This document shows, piece after piece, positions 45,007-54,034 of a stretch of 59,569 nucleotides of DNA. Source of the stretch: a virus (taxonomy: Duplodnaviria > Caudoviricetes); IMG/VR virus record IMGVR_UViG_3300047560_000779, positions 1 to 59,569 of that record; one strand, written 5' to 3'. A model generated the notes under the pieces. That model searched no databases and had not been told where the DNA came from. It was given only the letters and a program-made list of their open reading frames with translations. The translations under genes were made by a program, and so were the position numbers. Position 1 is the stretch's first letter, and every line of letters starts with the position of its first letter.

Positions 45007-45276
45007 TTAGATGTCCTGTGCGCCTTGGTAGGGAGTCAGCGTCTTCAGAACGCCATAGATTGCAGGGATTAAGTCGCCTTGCAGGTCTTCCATGTTGATG
45101 TAGTGGGCGTGTTGGGCAACTGAAGGCCAGCCGGATTGGCGAGCTTGCTCAGTAGCGTGGACTTCCACTTGTACTTGCAGTTGGTCTTTTGTACCAAAGA
45201 AGTTGGTGATGCGTGCGTATGCAGCGGGTTCGGTTTGGCCGTTTGTGTTGTTCACGGCTGAGATTACGAGTGCCAT
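45007..45276 (-). CDS. Tail fibre-associated small protein
   Basis: Paralogue of 42859..43128. Confidence 0.7.
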   Translation of the reverse strand: MALVISAVNNTNGQTEPAAYARITNFFGTKDQLQVQVEVHATEQARQSGWPSVAQHAHYINMEDLQGDLIPAIYGVLKTLTPYQGAQDI

Positions 45277-45285
45277 ATTAGCTCC

Positions 45286-48200
45286 TTAGAAAGTCATTTC
45301 GGTTGTTTCGATTTTGGCAACCCAACGAATTGTTGTGGAAGCCTGTCCTGTAACTGTCACTGCAAGTCCACCGTTGGTGGTGTCTGCTGTCAATGCAACA
45401 ACCCATGTAGATGCACCTGAGTCTTGCCCAATAAGGTTAAGCACTGGCGTACCAACAAGAGCTGTTGATGCTGCGTTAGCGCCTCGCTTGATTGTTCCTT
45501 CAAAGCTCCAAGACGATGTGTTACCCGCACCAGTTACACCAGCAACCACAGTTCCTCTGAAATAATAGGCTGAGTTGTTGGGTAGGATTACTTGGTTGGT
45601 TGTACCCGCTGCACTTCCATCAGAACAAAGAACTGTTGCTGTTGCGTCTGTGGTTTGACGAGCCAAAATTAACAGGGCGCCTTGAGATGCCCCGTTTATC
45701 GTAGACATTGGTTGGTTACAAGATGGGAAAACTGAGTACCCAGATACGCCTCTTGTGCTTCCATAACGGCCGCCATTTATTGTGGCTAATGTTGAGTTTG
45801 CACCGTTGTTGTACCCGCCTGTAATTGTTGAACCTACTCCACTTGCAGTGTTTGATGTTCCTCCAGAAACAACAGACAATATTCCAGACGCTGTATTGCC
45901 GCTAATAAAACTTCCATCAAAACCACCACCAGCCACAACAGATGCTGTGCCTGTTGCTTGATTTTTTAAACCACCCGCAACAGTAGACCAATCCCCACTA
46001 GCCACGTTCCTATTCGCAGCAGTACCAGCATCACCACCACCACCGATGAAACTGTAAGAGCCTGTGGCTTGGTTGTTACCTCCACCTACTACTACTCCGT
46101 GAGGGGTGTAGAAAGATAGGGTTGGTGTACCGCTTGCTGCGGCGTTTTGACTAAGCGTCAGGGATGTGCCGCTAATGGCTGCAACATAGGTTGGCGTGTT
46201 TATTCCTGTGCCTGAAATTAACTGACCAACCTTAATGTTGGCGTTTGAGCCACTCAATGTAACAGCAGTTGAGCCAGAAGTTACTGTAGTTGTGGCTTGT
46301 GTAGTTACTGTTGTACCACTTGTTGCTGAATTGGTAAATCCGCCTCCAACAAAGTTAAACCAACCACCAGCAGCGTTGGCTTGCCCGCCGACAACTACAC
46401 CACCATACTGAGATACGCTGTTTGCGGCTCCTCCAGATATAACGGCGTATTGACCAGACAGGCCGTTAAAACCGCCACCAGCAAGTACTGACAGAGCGCC
46501 AGAAAGTACGTTGTCTCTACCGCCGCCAAGAACCGAAAGCTGACCCGAAGAAACTTGGTTTGCCGCACTTCTCAGTGTCTGCCAATCAACAGCATTAGCA
46601 CCCCTAGCATTACCACCTGTGGCTGTAGAGTCTGTCTGTTGGGCTTGTAAGGCTCCTGTGCCTTTTGGTTGAAGGACTAGGGGGATGTTTGTGTCTGAGC
46701 CAACAGCTTCTAAAGCGGGGCCAGTACCAGCAGCATTACCTCTAGCATTTAAATAGTTGACAGCAGAACTTGTACCTCCAGCAGAGAATTGAACTGTTGT
46801 TCCAGCGTTTCGCAAATAAATAAAACTTGTACCCTTGCTTGCAATGCTTAAACCAACAGTAGTGTCACTTCCTTGAGCTGTAATGTATGGTTGCCCACCA
46901 GTAGCCGCACCAGTAACCTGTACGTAGTTCACAGCAGAGGCTGTGTGGGTAATACGGAGTTGTTCTAAGCTGGTACTTGTTTTAAATTGAATTGGAACAG
47001 CACTAGCGGTTTCTATTGAACCAGAAACTGCTGAAACAGCCCTTAATGAAGGCGTGGAAGACGTCCCGTAAGCAGTCCAATAAGATGTTGATGTAGAACC
47101 CCCATCTTGAACTCTAAAACCTTCTCCGTTAGGTGTGTAAAACGAAACTTGCGCCCCAAGAGCGCGAACAATAGTTTGTCCACCCACAGTAGCATAAGCA
47201 GCAGCACCAGAGCCACCACCACCTGAGAAGGTCACTGTTGGTTGTTCTACGTAGCCACTACCTGCGTTGGTGATGACAAACGTGCCTGAACGCATAGTCC
47301 ATTGCATTGTCAATGTAGCACCAGAGCCTGTGCCGCCTGTTACAGATGCAGGACTTGATGGAACAACAGAATAATTACCAGCAACCGTCTGTGTCAAACT
47401 TGTAATAGCACCAGCAGAAACAGTTGCAACGCTAAATTGCGCCTGAGTAACAAAAGTTCCACCGCTAACAGTAATAACGTCTCCAACTGTGTAGCCAGAA
47501 CCTCCAGATGCAAGAGTTGTCCCCGAAGTGGCCTGAACACTTACTGTGGCTGTTGCTTGTACGCCACCAGCCGTAGTAGGGGCTGAAATTGCAACAGTAG
47601 GGATTGACGTATAAGACCCGCCTGAAGTTTGAGTCAAAGCAGTAACAGTACCGCCGTTACTAATGTTCACACCGCTTGAGCCAGCAGCTAGGTCAATGGC
47701 TCCTGTGCCTTTGCTTTGGAATACTTGGGAGATGTTGGTGTCTGTGCCAGTAGCAGATAAGACGGGAGAAAGAGTTGTGGCAGAACCTTGCGCTTGAAGG
47801 TTGTTTACAACTGTTGCTCCTGCGTAACCAACGGCTCTAAAGTTAACGCCGAAAGGAGAACCCAATACAACACTACCTGCGCTACCTTTTGCAATTACAG
47901 TCAAAGGAATAGTCGCATCGCTGCCTTGAGCAGAAATTGTTGGCCCGTTTGCGTTAGCAGTAGCAGCACCTGTTACTTGAACATAGTTGACTGCCGATGC
48001 TGTGTTGGAGACACGAAATTGCTCGCTGCCTGAAGACGATCCAATTGTGGCGGCAGTATTAAAACTTAATATGTTCCCGCCTATGTTAGAAATAGCCGAT
48101 GTACCGCCAGAAGATTGAAAGAATAAACGAGCAGCGTTTGCCGCAGTCCCTGCATTTGATAAAACTAATCCACTTGCACTGTTCTGCCCTTGGTTTATAA

Positions 48201-48975
48201 AAACACTTCCACTTCCTTTTGTGTTTATACTAAAGTTAATATTTGTGTCGCTACCTTGAACAGAAACGATAGGGCCAGAGCCTGTGGCTCCGCCTGTTAC
48301 TTGAACATAGTTGACTGCGGAGGCTGTGTGGGAGACGCGCATTTGATCTATACCTGCATACCCCAAGGTAGATGCAGTTTGAAAAATCAAAGGCGATGTG
48401 TTACCTGTGGTAATAAAAAGTTGCGTAGAAGAACGCAAAATACCAGCGCCATAACCAGATTGCGGTGGGATAAATGATAATGCTGGAGCCGTGAAAGAAG
48501 TAGTTTGACCTGTGATCGTATTGTCTTTGTAGACGCGAACAACATCCGTATTATCGCTAGAACGACCACCCAAAGATGTCTGACCAGTAGCAGTCAACGT
48601 AGTAAACGTGCCAGCAGCAGGGGTTGTTTCACCGATGGCAGGTGGATAGGCCAGAGTATCAGTCGTTACAGCTTTACCTGCGGCGTAGTCAACCCAGACG
48701 TCTTTAGTGCCGGATGAAAACGTAACCAGTGAACCTGAGTTGCTTGACGACAAGACTGTGTCGCGGCTGAGCGTGTTACTTGCGGACGTGTATGTACCAA
48801 TGCCGACTTCCCACTCGGAAGTACCTTGGCCCGCAATAACGTAGTACGTGGTATTGCCGTCACCGACAGTCGAAAGGAATGTTTGAAAGCCAGCCGAAGC
48901 GCCAGCAAGTGTTACGGCACCCGTACCTGCTGTTGTCGTAGTCTCTTTAACCCGGTCCGCGAGTACAAGCGCCAT
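45286..48975 (-). CDS. Long tail fibre with internal repeats, 1229 aa
   Basis: N-terminal LADRVKETTTT..WEVG.GTY; five SAVNY.QVTG..GSD repeats; GSGY and GGxxN repeats. Confidence 0.88.
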   Translation of the reverse strand: MALVLADRVKETTTTAGTGAVTLAGASAGFQTFLSTVGDGNTTYYVIAGQGTSEWEVGIGTYTSASNTLSRDTVLSSSNSGSLVTFSSGTKDVWVDYAAGKAVTTDTLAYPPAIGETTPAAGTFTTLTATGQTSLGGRSSDNTDVVRVYKDNTITGQTTSFTAPALSFIPPQSGYGAGILRSSTQLFITTGNTSPLIFQTASTLGYAGIDQMRVSHTASAVNYVQVTGGATGSGPIVSVQGSDTNINFSINTKGSGSVFINQGQNSASGLVLSNAGTAANAARLFFQSSGGTSAISNIGGNILSFNTAATIGSSSGSEQFRVSNTASAVNYVQVTGAATANANGPTISAQGSDATIPLTVIAKGSAGSVVLGSPFGVNFRAVGYAGATVVNNLQAQGSATTLSPVLSATGTDTNISQVFQSKGTGAIDLAAGSSGVNISNGGTVTALTQTSGGSYTSIPTVAISAPTTAGGVQATATVSVQATSGTTLASGGSGYTVGDVITVSGGTFVTQAQFSVATVSAGAITSLTQTVAGNYSVVPSSPASVTGGTGSGATLTMQWTMRSGTFVITNAGSGYVEQPTVTFSGGGGSGAAAYATVGGQTIVRALGAQVSFYTPNGEGFRVQDGGSTSTSYWTAYGTSSTPSLRAVSAVSGSIETASAVPIQFKTSTSLEQLRITHTASAVNYVQVTGAATGGQPYITAQGSDTTVGLSIASKGTSFIYLRNAGTTVQFSAGGTSSAVNYLNARGNAAGTGPALEAVGSDTNIPLVLQPKGTGALQAQQTDSTATGGNARGANAVDWQTLRSAANQVSSGQLSVLGGGRDNVLSGALSVLAGGGFNGLSGQYAVISGGAANSVSQYGGVVVGGQANAAGGWFNFVGGGFTNSATSGTTVTTQATTTVTSGSTAVTLSGSNANIKVGQLISGTGINTPTYVAAISGTSLTLSQNAAASGTPTLSFYTPHGVVVGGGNNQATGSYSFIGGGGDAGTAANRNVASGDWSTVAGGLKNQATGTASVVAGGGFDGSFISGNTASGILSVVSGGTSNTASGVGSTITGGYNNGANSTLATINGGRYGSTRGVSGYSVFPSCNQPMSTINGASQGALLILARQTTDATATVLCSDGSAAGTTNQVILPNNSAYYFRGTVVAGVTGAGNTSSWSFEGTIKRGANAASTALVGTPVLNLIGQDSGASTWVVALTADTTNGGLAVTVTGQASTTIRWVAKIETTEMTF

Positions 48976-48991
48976 AAAATCCCTTTAAGCA

Positions 48992-49426
48992 TTAAGCAAA
49001 CGTGACAGACAAGGAAGCGGCGGGGAAAGAAACTGTGTCGCTGATGTTAATTGTCTTAGCAATAGTCAGTGCGCCCCAGAACAGCTCGTTGCCGCCCGTT
49101 GATGCGTCATAGATCGCAAAGTGAGTCACAGTACCCCAAGTACCAGTAGGTGTTGGGAATGTAATTGAGCTATTGTTTGATGTAGCGCCGCTTGTTCCAG
49201 TCGAAACAGTTGTCGAACCCGCTGCCTGAGTACCGGCCCAAGCTGTCAAGCTAGAGGGCACAGCAACGCGGGAATAGCTGCCGCCAGATACTTCAGTACC
49301 GCCGCCTGTGTCATTAGGAGCGGCAGTGTACAAAGCAATGTACAACGTAGACGTTGTGGGGGCGGCCTGAGCGCGGAACAACTGGTCAACCAGCTTGTTC
49401 TCAAGATAATCTGACATTGCTGACAT
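48992..49426 (-). CDS. Conserved virion structural protein
   Basis: MSDYLENKL...LYT..P.D...EVSGGSY.R...WGTVTHF.I.DA.TGGN. Confidence 0.8.
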   Translation of the reverse strand: MSAMSDYLENKLVDQLFRAQAAPTTSTLYIALYTAAPNDTGGGTEVSGGSYSRVAVPSSLTAWAGTQAAGSTTVSTGTSGATSNNSSITFPTPTGTWGTVTHFAIYDASTGGNELFWGALTIAKTINISDTVSFPAASLSVTFA

Positions 49427-49437
49427 AGCAAATTCCT

Positions 49438-49764
49438 TTAAGCAAATTGTTCACGAACTTGGAACTTAAGCACATCATAAACCGTTTGGTTTTCTGCGCC
49501 AAAGTCAATTTCAATTTCGCCTTCGTAAGACCCTGCTGGCACGTCAAGAGTAGTACCGGGAAAATTAAACGTAACCTGTCCCGTTGTACCGCCACTGACC
49601 AGTGAGCAGGTCAATGTAGCTAGGACAGTTGTTGTGCCAGAGGCACGGAAATAAATCCGCACTGTGGTCCCCGACAGATTGATCGGAGTGCCGTCGGCGT
49701 CCTTCAATGTCAGTGTGATGTAAGGGCGGTTGTCGCCCGAGACAAGCTTAATTTTGTCACTCAT
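49438..49764 (-). CDS. BppU-N-like Ig-fold structural protein
   Basis: GDNRP..TL.D..G.PINLSG...G.Y.GEIEI. Confidence 0.7.
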   Translation of the reverse strand: MSDKIKLVSGDNRPYITLTLKDADGTPINLSGTTVRIYFRASGTTTVLATLTCSLVSGGTTGQVTFNFPGTTLDVPAGSYEGEIEIDFGAENQTVYDVLKFQVREQFA

Positions 49765-50411
49765 GCGAACCTCTGGAATTCCACTCGTGCGGCTGCACGG
49801 GTAAGGCCTTTGTACACGCGGGTACGAACTTCAGCCATATTGTCGTTGAAGCGCTTGGTGTAATCCATTGCTGTCTTCGGATCGTAGTATGGCTGGTTTG
49901 GTGTGTTGTACAAACGGGCGCGTGCGCCGTGTGCGATGTACTCAAGGAACACCTCGAACAACTCTGAATCTACAGTGGTAGAAGCACGAGATGGGGCAAC
50001 CGCTGCTTTGATCTTTAGCTTGTTGGCCTCAGTGATGACAGGCTTTGTAACAAGACGGATCACGCTCACCCGAGGGCGATAGTAATAGTAGGGATTACCC
50101 GTAAGGTCTTCCCAGTTTGATGTGCGGTAAATCTGGTTCAGTTCTTCCTGCGCCTTAGGGATCAACAACTGATCGCCATAGTACGCCTGCATGATCTCCA
50201 CTACTTTGTAGTTAGAGTCATTGGCATCCAAGTCGTACTCGCCTACATCTTCTTGACCTGTGATTGGGTCAAGGTTCTCTTGCAGGTAGTGTGTCTCGGT
50301 GCAAAATTCGATGCACGCATTGCGGATAGCCTGCACGGCAACCGTGTCGGGCACGTCCTGAACGTACGGCAGAACCTCTGGCAGAAAGACTTCGTAGGAA
50401 ACGGCGGTCAT
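49761..50411 (-). CDS. Head-tail adaptor / tail tubular A-like protein
   Basis: AIRNACIEFC..T, I.HGA.ARL...P..P pattern; position after the capsid gene. Confidence 0.7.
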   Translation of the reverse strand: MTAVSYEVFLPEVLPYVQDVPDTVAVQAIRNACIEFCTETHYLQENLDPITGQEDVGEYDLDANDSNYKVVEIMQAYYGDQLLIPKAQEELNQIYRTSNWEDLTGNPYYYYRPRVSVIRLVTKPVITEANKLKIKAAVAPSRASTTVDSELFEVFLEYIAHGARARLYNTPNQPYYDPKTAMDYTKRFNDNMAEVRTRVYKGLTRAAARVEFQRFA

Positions 50412-51094
50412 TGTGCGCTACCTCGGGCTGGTGGGTTACGTGGGCCAAGAGACATGGAGGGGTTACCCGAGATTTCCGACACGTTCTTACCTTGAATGGC
50501 AGCCACGAAAGAAGCAGAATACTGCGAAGCCAGCTGAAGGCCCGGCGCGTACTCAGCATCCTTGCTACAAGCACGATACAGAATGTAGTCGAGCAATGCA
50601 GTCTGGAAGACGTCAAAAATTGGGATAGGCTGCGTTTCCGCAGTCAGGTCAGCAGGCTGAACTGAGTAGTTCAACTCAATATACTGAGTGCCAGTGTTTG
50701 GCGGGTAGACGTAGAACGCGGTCTGGTCTTGGTCAGTATAGATGTAGTTACGGACTTCAGCTTTCGCTGTGTCGGTGTGCCAGTTAGGGTTAAAGCCATC
50801 GAGAACTTCACGCGAAATAATACGAATAGCTCGCCCGGGCGTAGTACCAGCGGTGCCCATGTTGCGGTAGATAGACAGCAACAGCCATCCATCGGTTGGA
50901 ATAGTCTGGCGGGTTCCAACCACCAACTGCTTTACTACAGTGGTGGAGGAAGCGCTCGGCTGAATGGTCACGATTTGGCGCATGCCGTCGTTGAGCCAGC
51001 CTAGCAACTCGGCTCGAGTCCAACGGATGTTGGCTAAGTCGATCAGCTGAATCGTAGCTTTGTCGATGATGGCTTTTGCTGTTACCGTGCCCAT
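50408..51094 (-). CDS. Adaptor protein, DUF6682-like
   Basis: RWTRAELLGWLNDG, GTRQ.IP, FYVYPP, YILYRA.SKD.E. Confidence 0.75.
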   Translation of the reverse strand: MGTVTAKAIIDKATIQLIDLANIRWTRAELLGWLNDGMRQIVTIQPSASSTTVVKQLVVGTRQTIPTDGWLLLSIYRNMGTAGTTPGRAIRIISREVLDGFNPNWHTDTAKAEVRNYIYTDQDQTAFYVYPPNTGTQYIELNYSVQPADLTAETQPIPIFDVFQTALLDYILYRACSKDAEYAPGLQLASQYSASFVAAIQGKNVSEISGNPSMSLGPRNPPARGSAQ

Positions 51095-51101
51095 TTTTGC
51101 C

Positions 51102-51344
51102 TTACGGTGTTACTGCCAATGCGGCGGTAATTGCGGGAACTTGCGTGCCTGCCCACAAACCTTGAACAACGAGGTTGTTCTCAGTTGCAGTACCTGCATC
51201 AAGACCAGTGATTCCCAAAGCTTGAGTGTATGTAAAACCTGCGGAAACCAAGCCATCAATGTTGGCGGTGGTGTCTTCAGCGATTACAGCTTGAGCTTGA
51301 GGGAGTGATAAGCCGCTGGCGATCAGATCGTCAATAACTGCCAT
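51102..51344 (-). CDS. Small capsid-associated protein
   Basis: AGGAG RBS; three short L..G...QA repeats. Confidence 0.7.
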   Translation of the reverse strand: MAVIDDLIASGLSLPQAQAVIAEDTTANIDGLVSAGFTYTQALGITGLDAGTATENNLVVQGLWAGTQVPAITAALAVTP

Positions 51345-51362
51345 GTCGTTCTCCTAAAGGTT

Positions 51363-51387
51363 AAAAAGTAGGGGCCGGAGCCCCTAC
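51363..51387 (-). terminator. Intrinsic terminator after the major capsid gene
   Basis: Minus strand reads GTAGGGGC-TCCG-GCCCCTAC-TTTTT. Confidence 0.85.
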
Positions 51388-51404
51388 GACGCTTGGGGAA
51401 GCGA

Positions 51405-52427
51405 TTAACCTGCGGCGACCAACAATGCCAAGCCTTTGGCTTGAGCAACTTGAGTACCGTACACGTTCAAGCCGCGCACCAGAGTACCGAAGTCGTTGGG
51501 GTTTTGCAGGCTTTCCACTTTGGCGATTTGCGAAGCGAAAGTGATTGCAGACTTGTGGCCAGCGATAACAGCGTGACGCTTGACAGCGGATGTCAAAGTA
51601 GCGTCAGTGCCAGTGTTGGGGTTCATCCAAGTCTTGCCAGCTGCACCGCGTGGAACCAAGTTCGACACGTACACAGTGAAACGGTCGATCATGCCGATCT
51701 TGCCGTTGCGCAAAACGCTAGACGAGTCACCCATGAACTGGGCTTGAGCCAAGTTCGATTGCATCAAGATTTGACGCTCTGTTGGAGTGATGATCAACCA
51801 GCGGTCTGTCTCAGGCACGTTGGCTTCGTCCAACACGCTTGACAAAGCAGTGATGCTAGACAAGATGTTAGAAGCAGTCAAAGTCACGGCAGCCAAGTCG
51901 GTACCGAGGTTGTAACCACCAGAGATCGCACCAGCGGTAGCGCCTTGGTTAGCTGCGTCGCCTTGGTTGAAAGTCGAATACAACACGTCTTTGTCGATGT
52001 TGATCTTCATTTGCATTGCAGCGTCGTTGGTGAACATGTCCATCAACTTAGGCTTGGCTTGCAATTCCAACACGTTGTTCACGTTCACGCCGAAGTACTT
52101 ACCCTTGTTAATCACCAAAGTGATGGTCGAAGGAGCTGGAACTTCGTAAGCCAAGTTTTGGCCAACAGAGTAGCTGTTGATGGTGATCGAAGGGATCGTG
52201 TTGATGATGACGGTATCACCCATGCCGGTGATGTCGCCTTGCCAGTCGGTGTTAGCGATTTCGCCGAACACTGTGGCTGCGTAGAACTTCTGAGCCAACT
52301 TGCCAGACCAGAGGGCTGGGATGAAGGAACCAGAATAGGCCGTGCCGGAATAGGCTACTTGGCCGCCGGGGGTGTTGAAACCACCGGAGTTAATGGGATA
52401 GGCTGCTGCTGCGGTAATAGTAGACAT
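51405..52427 (-). CDS. Major capsid protein
   Basis: FIPALWSGKL, NTDWQGDI..GDTV.I, VRGL.VYG; follows the scaffold gene; GGAGG-like RBS and downstream terminator. Confidence 0.9.
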   Translation of the reverse strand: MSTITAAAAYPINSGGFNTPGGQVAYSGTAYSGSFIPALWSGKLAQKFYAATVFGEIANTDWQGDITGMGDTVIINTIPSITINSYSVGQNLAYEVPAPSTITLVINKGKYFGVNVNNVLELQAKPKLMDMFTNDAAMQMKINIDKDVLYSTFNQGDAANQGATAGAISGGYNLGTDLAAVTLTASNILSSITALSSVLDEANVPETDRWLIITPTERQILMQSNLAQAQFMGDSSSVLRNGKIGMIDRFTVYVSNLVPRGAAGKTWMNPNTGTDATLTSAVKRHAVIAGHKSAITFASQIAKVESLQNPNDFGTLVRGLNVYGTQVAQAKGLALLVAAG

Positions 52428-52487
52428 GGAGGTCCTCTTTCAGTTAAAAAACGGTTTGGTTTGAACCGCCATGTCTAGGTTGCTTGC

Positions 52488-53444
52488 TTAGTAGCGAATG
52501 CGTCCTTCGACGGTGGCGGCATGGATATCTTTTTCAATCTGCACCGCTTCTGCCTCGTCGATGAACCCACGTCTCCATTCAGCGTAGAACGTATCAATAT
52601 CCTGCTGGGTATAAACACGTTTGTCCAAGTTTGGATTCGTAGGAGCTGGCGACGTACGCGAGCGGGTCGGTGCTACTTGACGCTGAAGATCGGCACGGTT
52701 GTTCGACTGAGCTGGTGGTGCTACAGACTTCTTGTACTGGTTAAAAATCGTGGCGGTACGGACTGCATCTAGTGCTTCATACGCGTTTGTGAGCGCGTAC
52801 TGGCGAGGCATGCCGTAGACGGGGTCCACTTCTGCTAACCAATTCAAGAAACCTTGGTCCACATTCAGGGCTTGCCAATCTGGTACTGCGGTTGTCAAAG
52901 CGCTTTCGTAGCGGTCTTTATCAGACACCACTTGACGCTCAGTCACATTACCTAGCTTGCCCTTCAGTTCGGCGATCTCTGCGGTCAACTTAGCTTCCAG
53001 ACTGCGGCTTCCCGCCATCTTCGCTTCAGTTGCTCGCTCAATCAAGTCGATCAAGTCGGAGCCAAATGCTTCTTTGTCTTGTTCAGTGATTAGAGACGGA
53101 GTCGAGGCCGGTACAGGTTGCGCCGCTTGTGCATTGGCTACAGCGAGGTCTGATGTCAACTGAGTCACTTGCGTGTTCAATTCACGGACTTGCGCGTATA
53201 GGCGAGGCACTTCAGCATCAAACTTGCCCTTCAGAGTGTGGTACTTCTGTTCCCACGTTTCTTCGGACACCGCTGGCTTCGGTTCTGGCTCTGGCGAAAT
53301 ATCCTGCGGTTGTGGCTCAGGAGCGGGTTGAGGGATTTCAATTGGTTCACCAGTATCCGGGTTAACAGGCTGGGTTCCATTTAACTGCGCGACAAGCGCG
53401 TCAGCATCTTCAACTTGCTGTTGAACAGCACGAGGCAATGACAT
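52488..53444 (-). CDS. Capsid scaffolding protein
   Basis: WEQKYHTLKGK..AEVPRL, coiled coil, VPDW..N.D.GF..WL, C-terminal EGRI. Confidence 0.8.
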   Translation of the reverse strand: MSLPRAVQQQVEDADALVAQLNGTQPVNPDTGEPIEIPQPAPEPQPQDISPEPEPKPAVSEETWEQKYHTLKGKFDAEVPRLYAQVRELNTQVTQLTSDLAVANAQAAQPVPASTPSLITEQDKEAFGSDLIDLIERATEAKMAGSRSLEAKLTAEIAELKGKLGNVTERQVVSDKDRYESALTTAVPDWQALNVDQGFLNWLAEVDPVYGMPRQYALTNAYEALDAVRTATIFNQYKKSVAPPAQSNNRADLQRQVAPTRSRTSPAPTNPNLDKRVYTQQDIDTFYAEWRRGFIDEAEAVQIEKDIHAATVEGRIRY

Positions 53445-53560
53445 TTCTATCTCCTTCGCTCCGACTACGCTGGAGGGCTCCAGTTACGGTGTGCCCACTC
53501 ACGCTTACGGTCAGCTACTACGGTTAATTTTGAATCCAAGCGCCCTTGCGGGTGAGCCCT

Positions 53561-53791
53561 TCATCGGCGGGTTTTAGTTAACAAAGTGCTACCTTCGTCA
53601 ACAAGGTCAAGGAACTCCTTAACCTGCAACGCCCGACCTTGCAGTCGGAGCATTTCATCTTTGTCTCTCGCTTCACACAGGCGCATTAGCGTGTCTGCGT
53701 GTTGCTTTTGCATGAATTCTACCAGTGGCTGGAACTCTTGCGTTTTCAATAGTGTAAGGCAACGAGCAACTCGCTCGTCAACTCGCACCAT
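53561..53791 (-). CDS. Conserved small head-module protein
   Basis: RLQGRA..KEFL motif, between portal and scaffold. Confidence 0.7.
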   Translation of the reverse strand: MVRVDERVARCLTLLKTQEFQPLVEFMQKQHADTLMRLCEARDKDEMLRLQGRALQVKEFLDLVDEGSTLLTKTRR

Positions 53792-53793
53792 TT

Positions 53794-53985
53794 TTATTTA
53801 CACATGCCGTCAGTCTTTGCAGACTCTTGGGCAACTTCTTTACCGCCGCGCTTCAGGGTACCGAAGATACCGCCGTCGCTGCCGCCGTTGCCTTGCTGGG
53901 CTGGGCCCTTAGACATGCCGTCGGTCTTGGCTGAAGTCTGAGCGTACTCTTTAGAGCGTGACTCGTTTGGATTGATTGCTTGCAT
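53794..53985 (-). CDS. Small protein with internal repeat AQxSAKTDGMxK
   Basis: GGAG RBS; duplicated motif. Confidence 0.65.
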   Translation of the reverse strand: MQAINPNESRSKEYAQTSAKTDGMSKGPAQQGNGGSDGGIFGTLKRGGKEVAQESAKTDGMCK

Positions 53986-54034
53986 AGGATTACTCCGTTA
54001 AGTTGATGCGATTATGTACAACATTTTACTGTTG

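Noticed and set aside
40726-48975. Diversity-generating retroelement acting on tail fibres
   Set aside because: No reverse transcriptase ORF and no template/variable repeat pair differing at adenines were seen. The repeats are in-frame protein modules.
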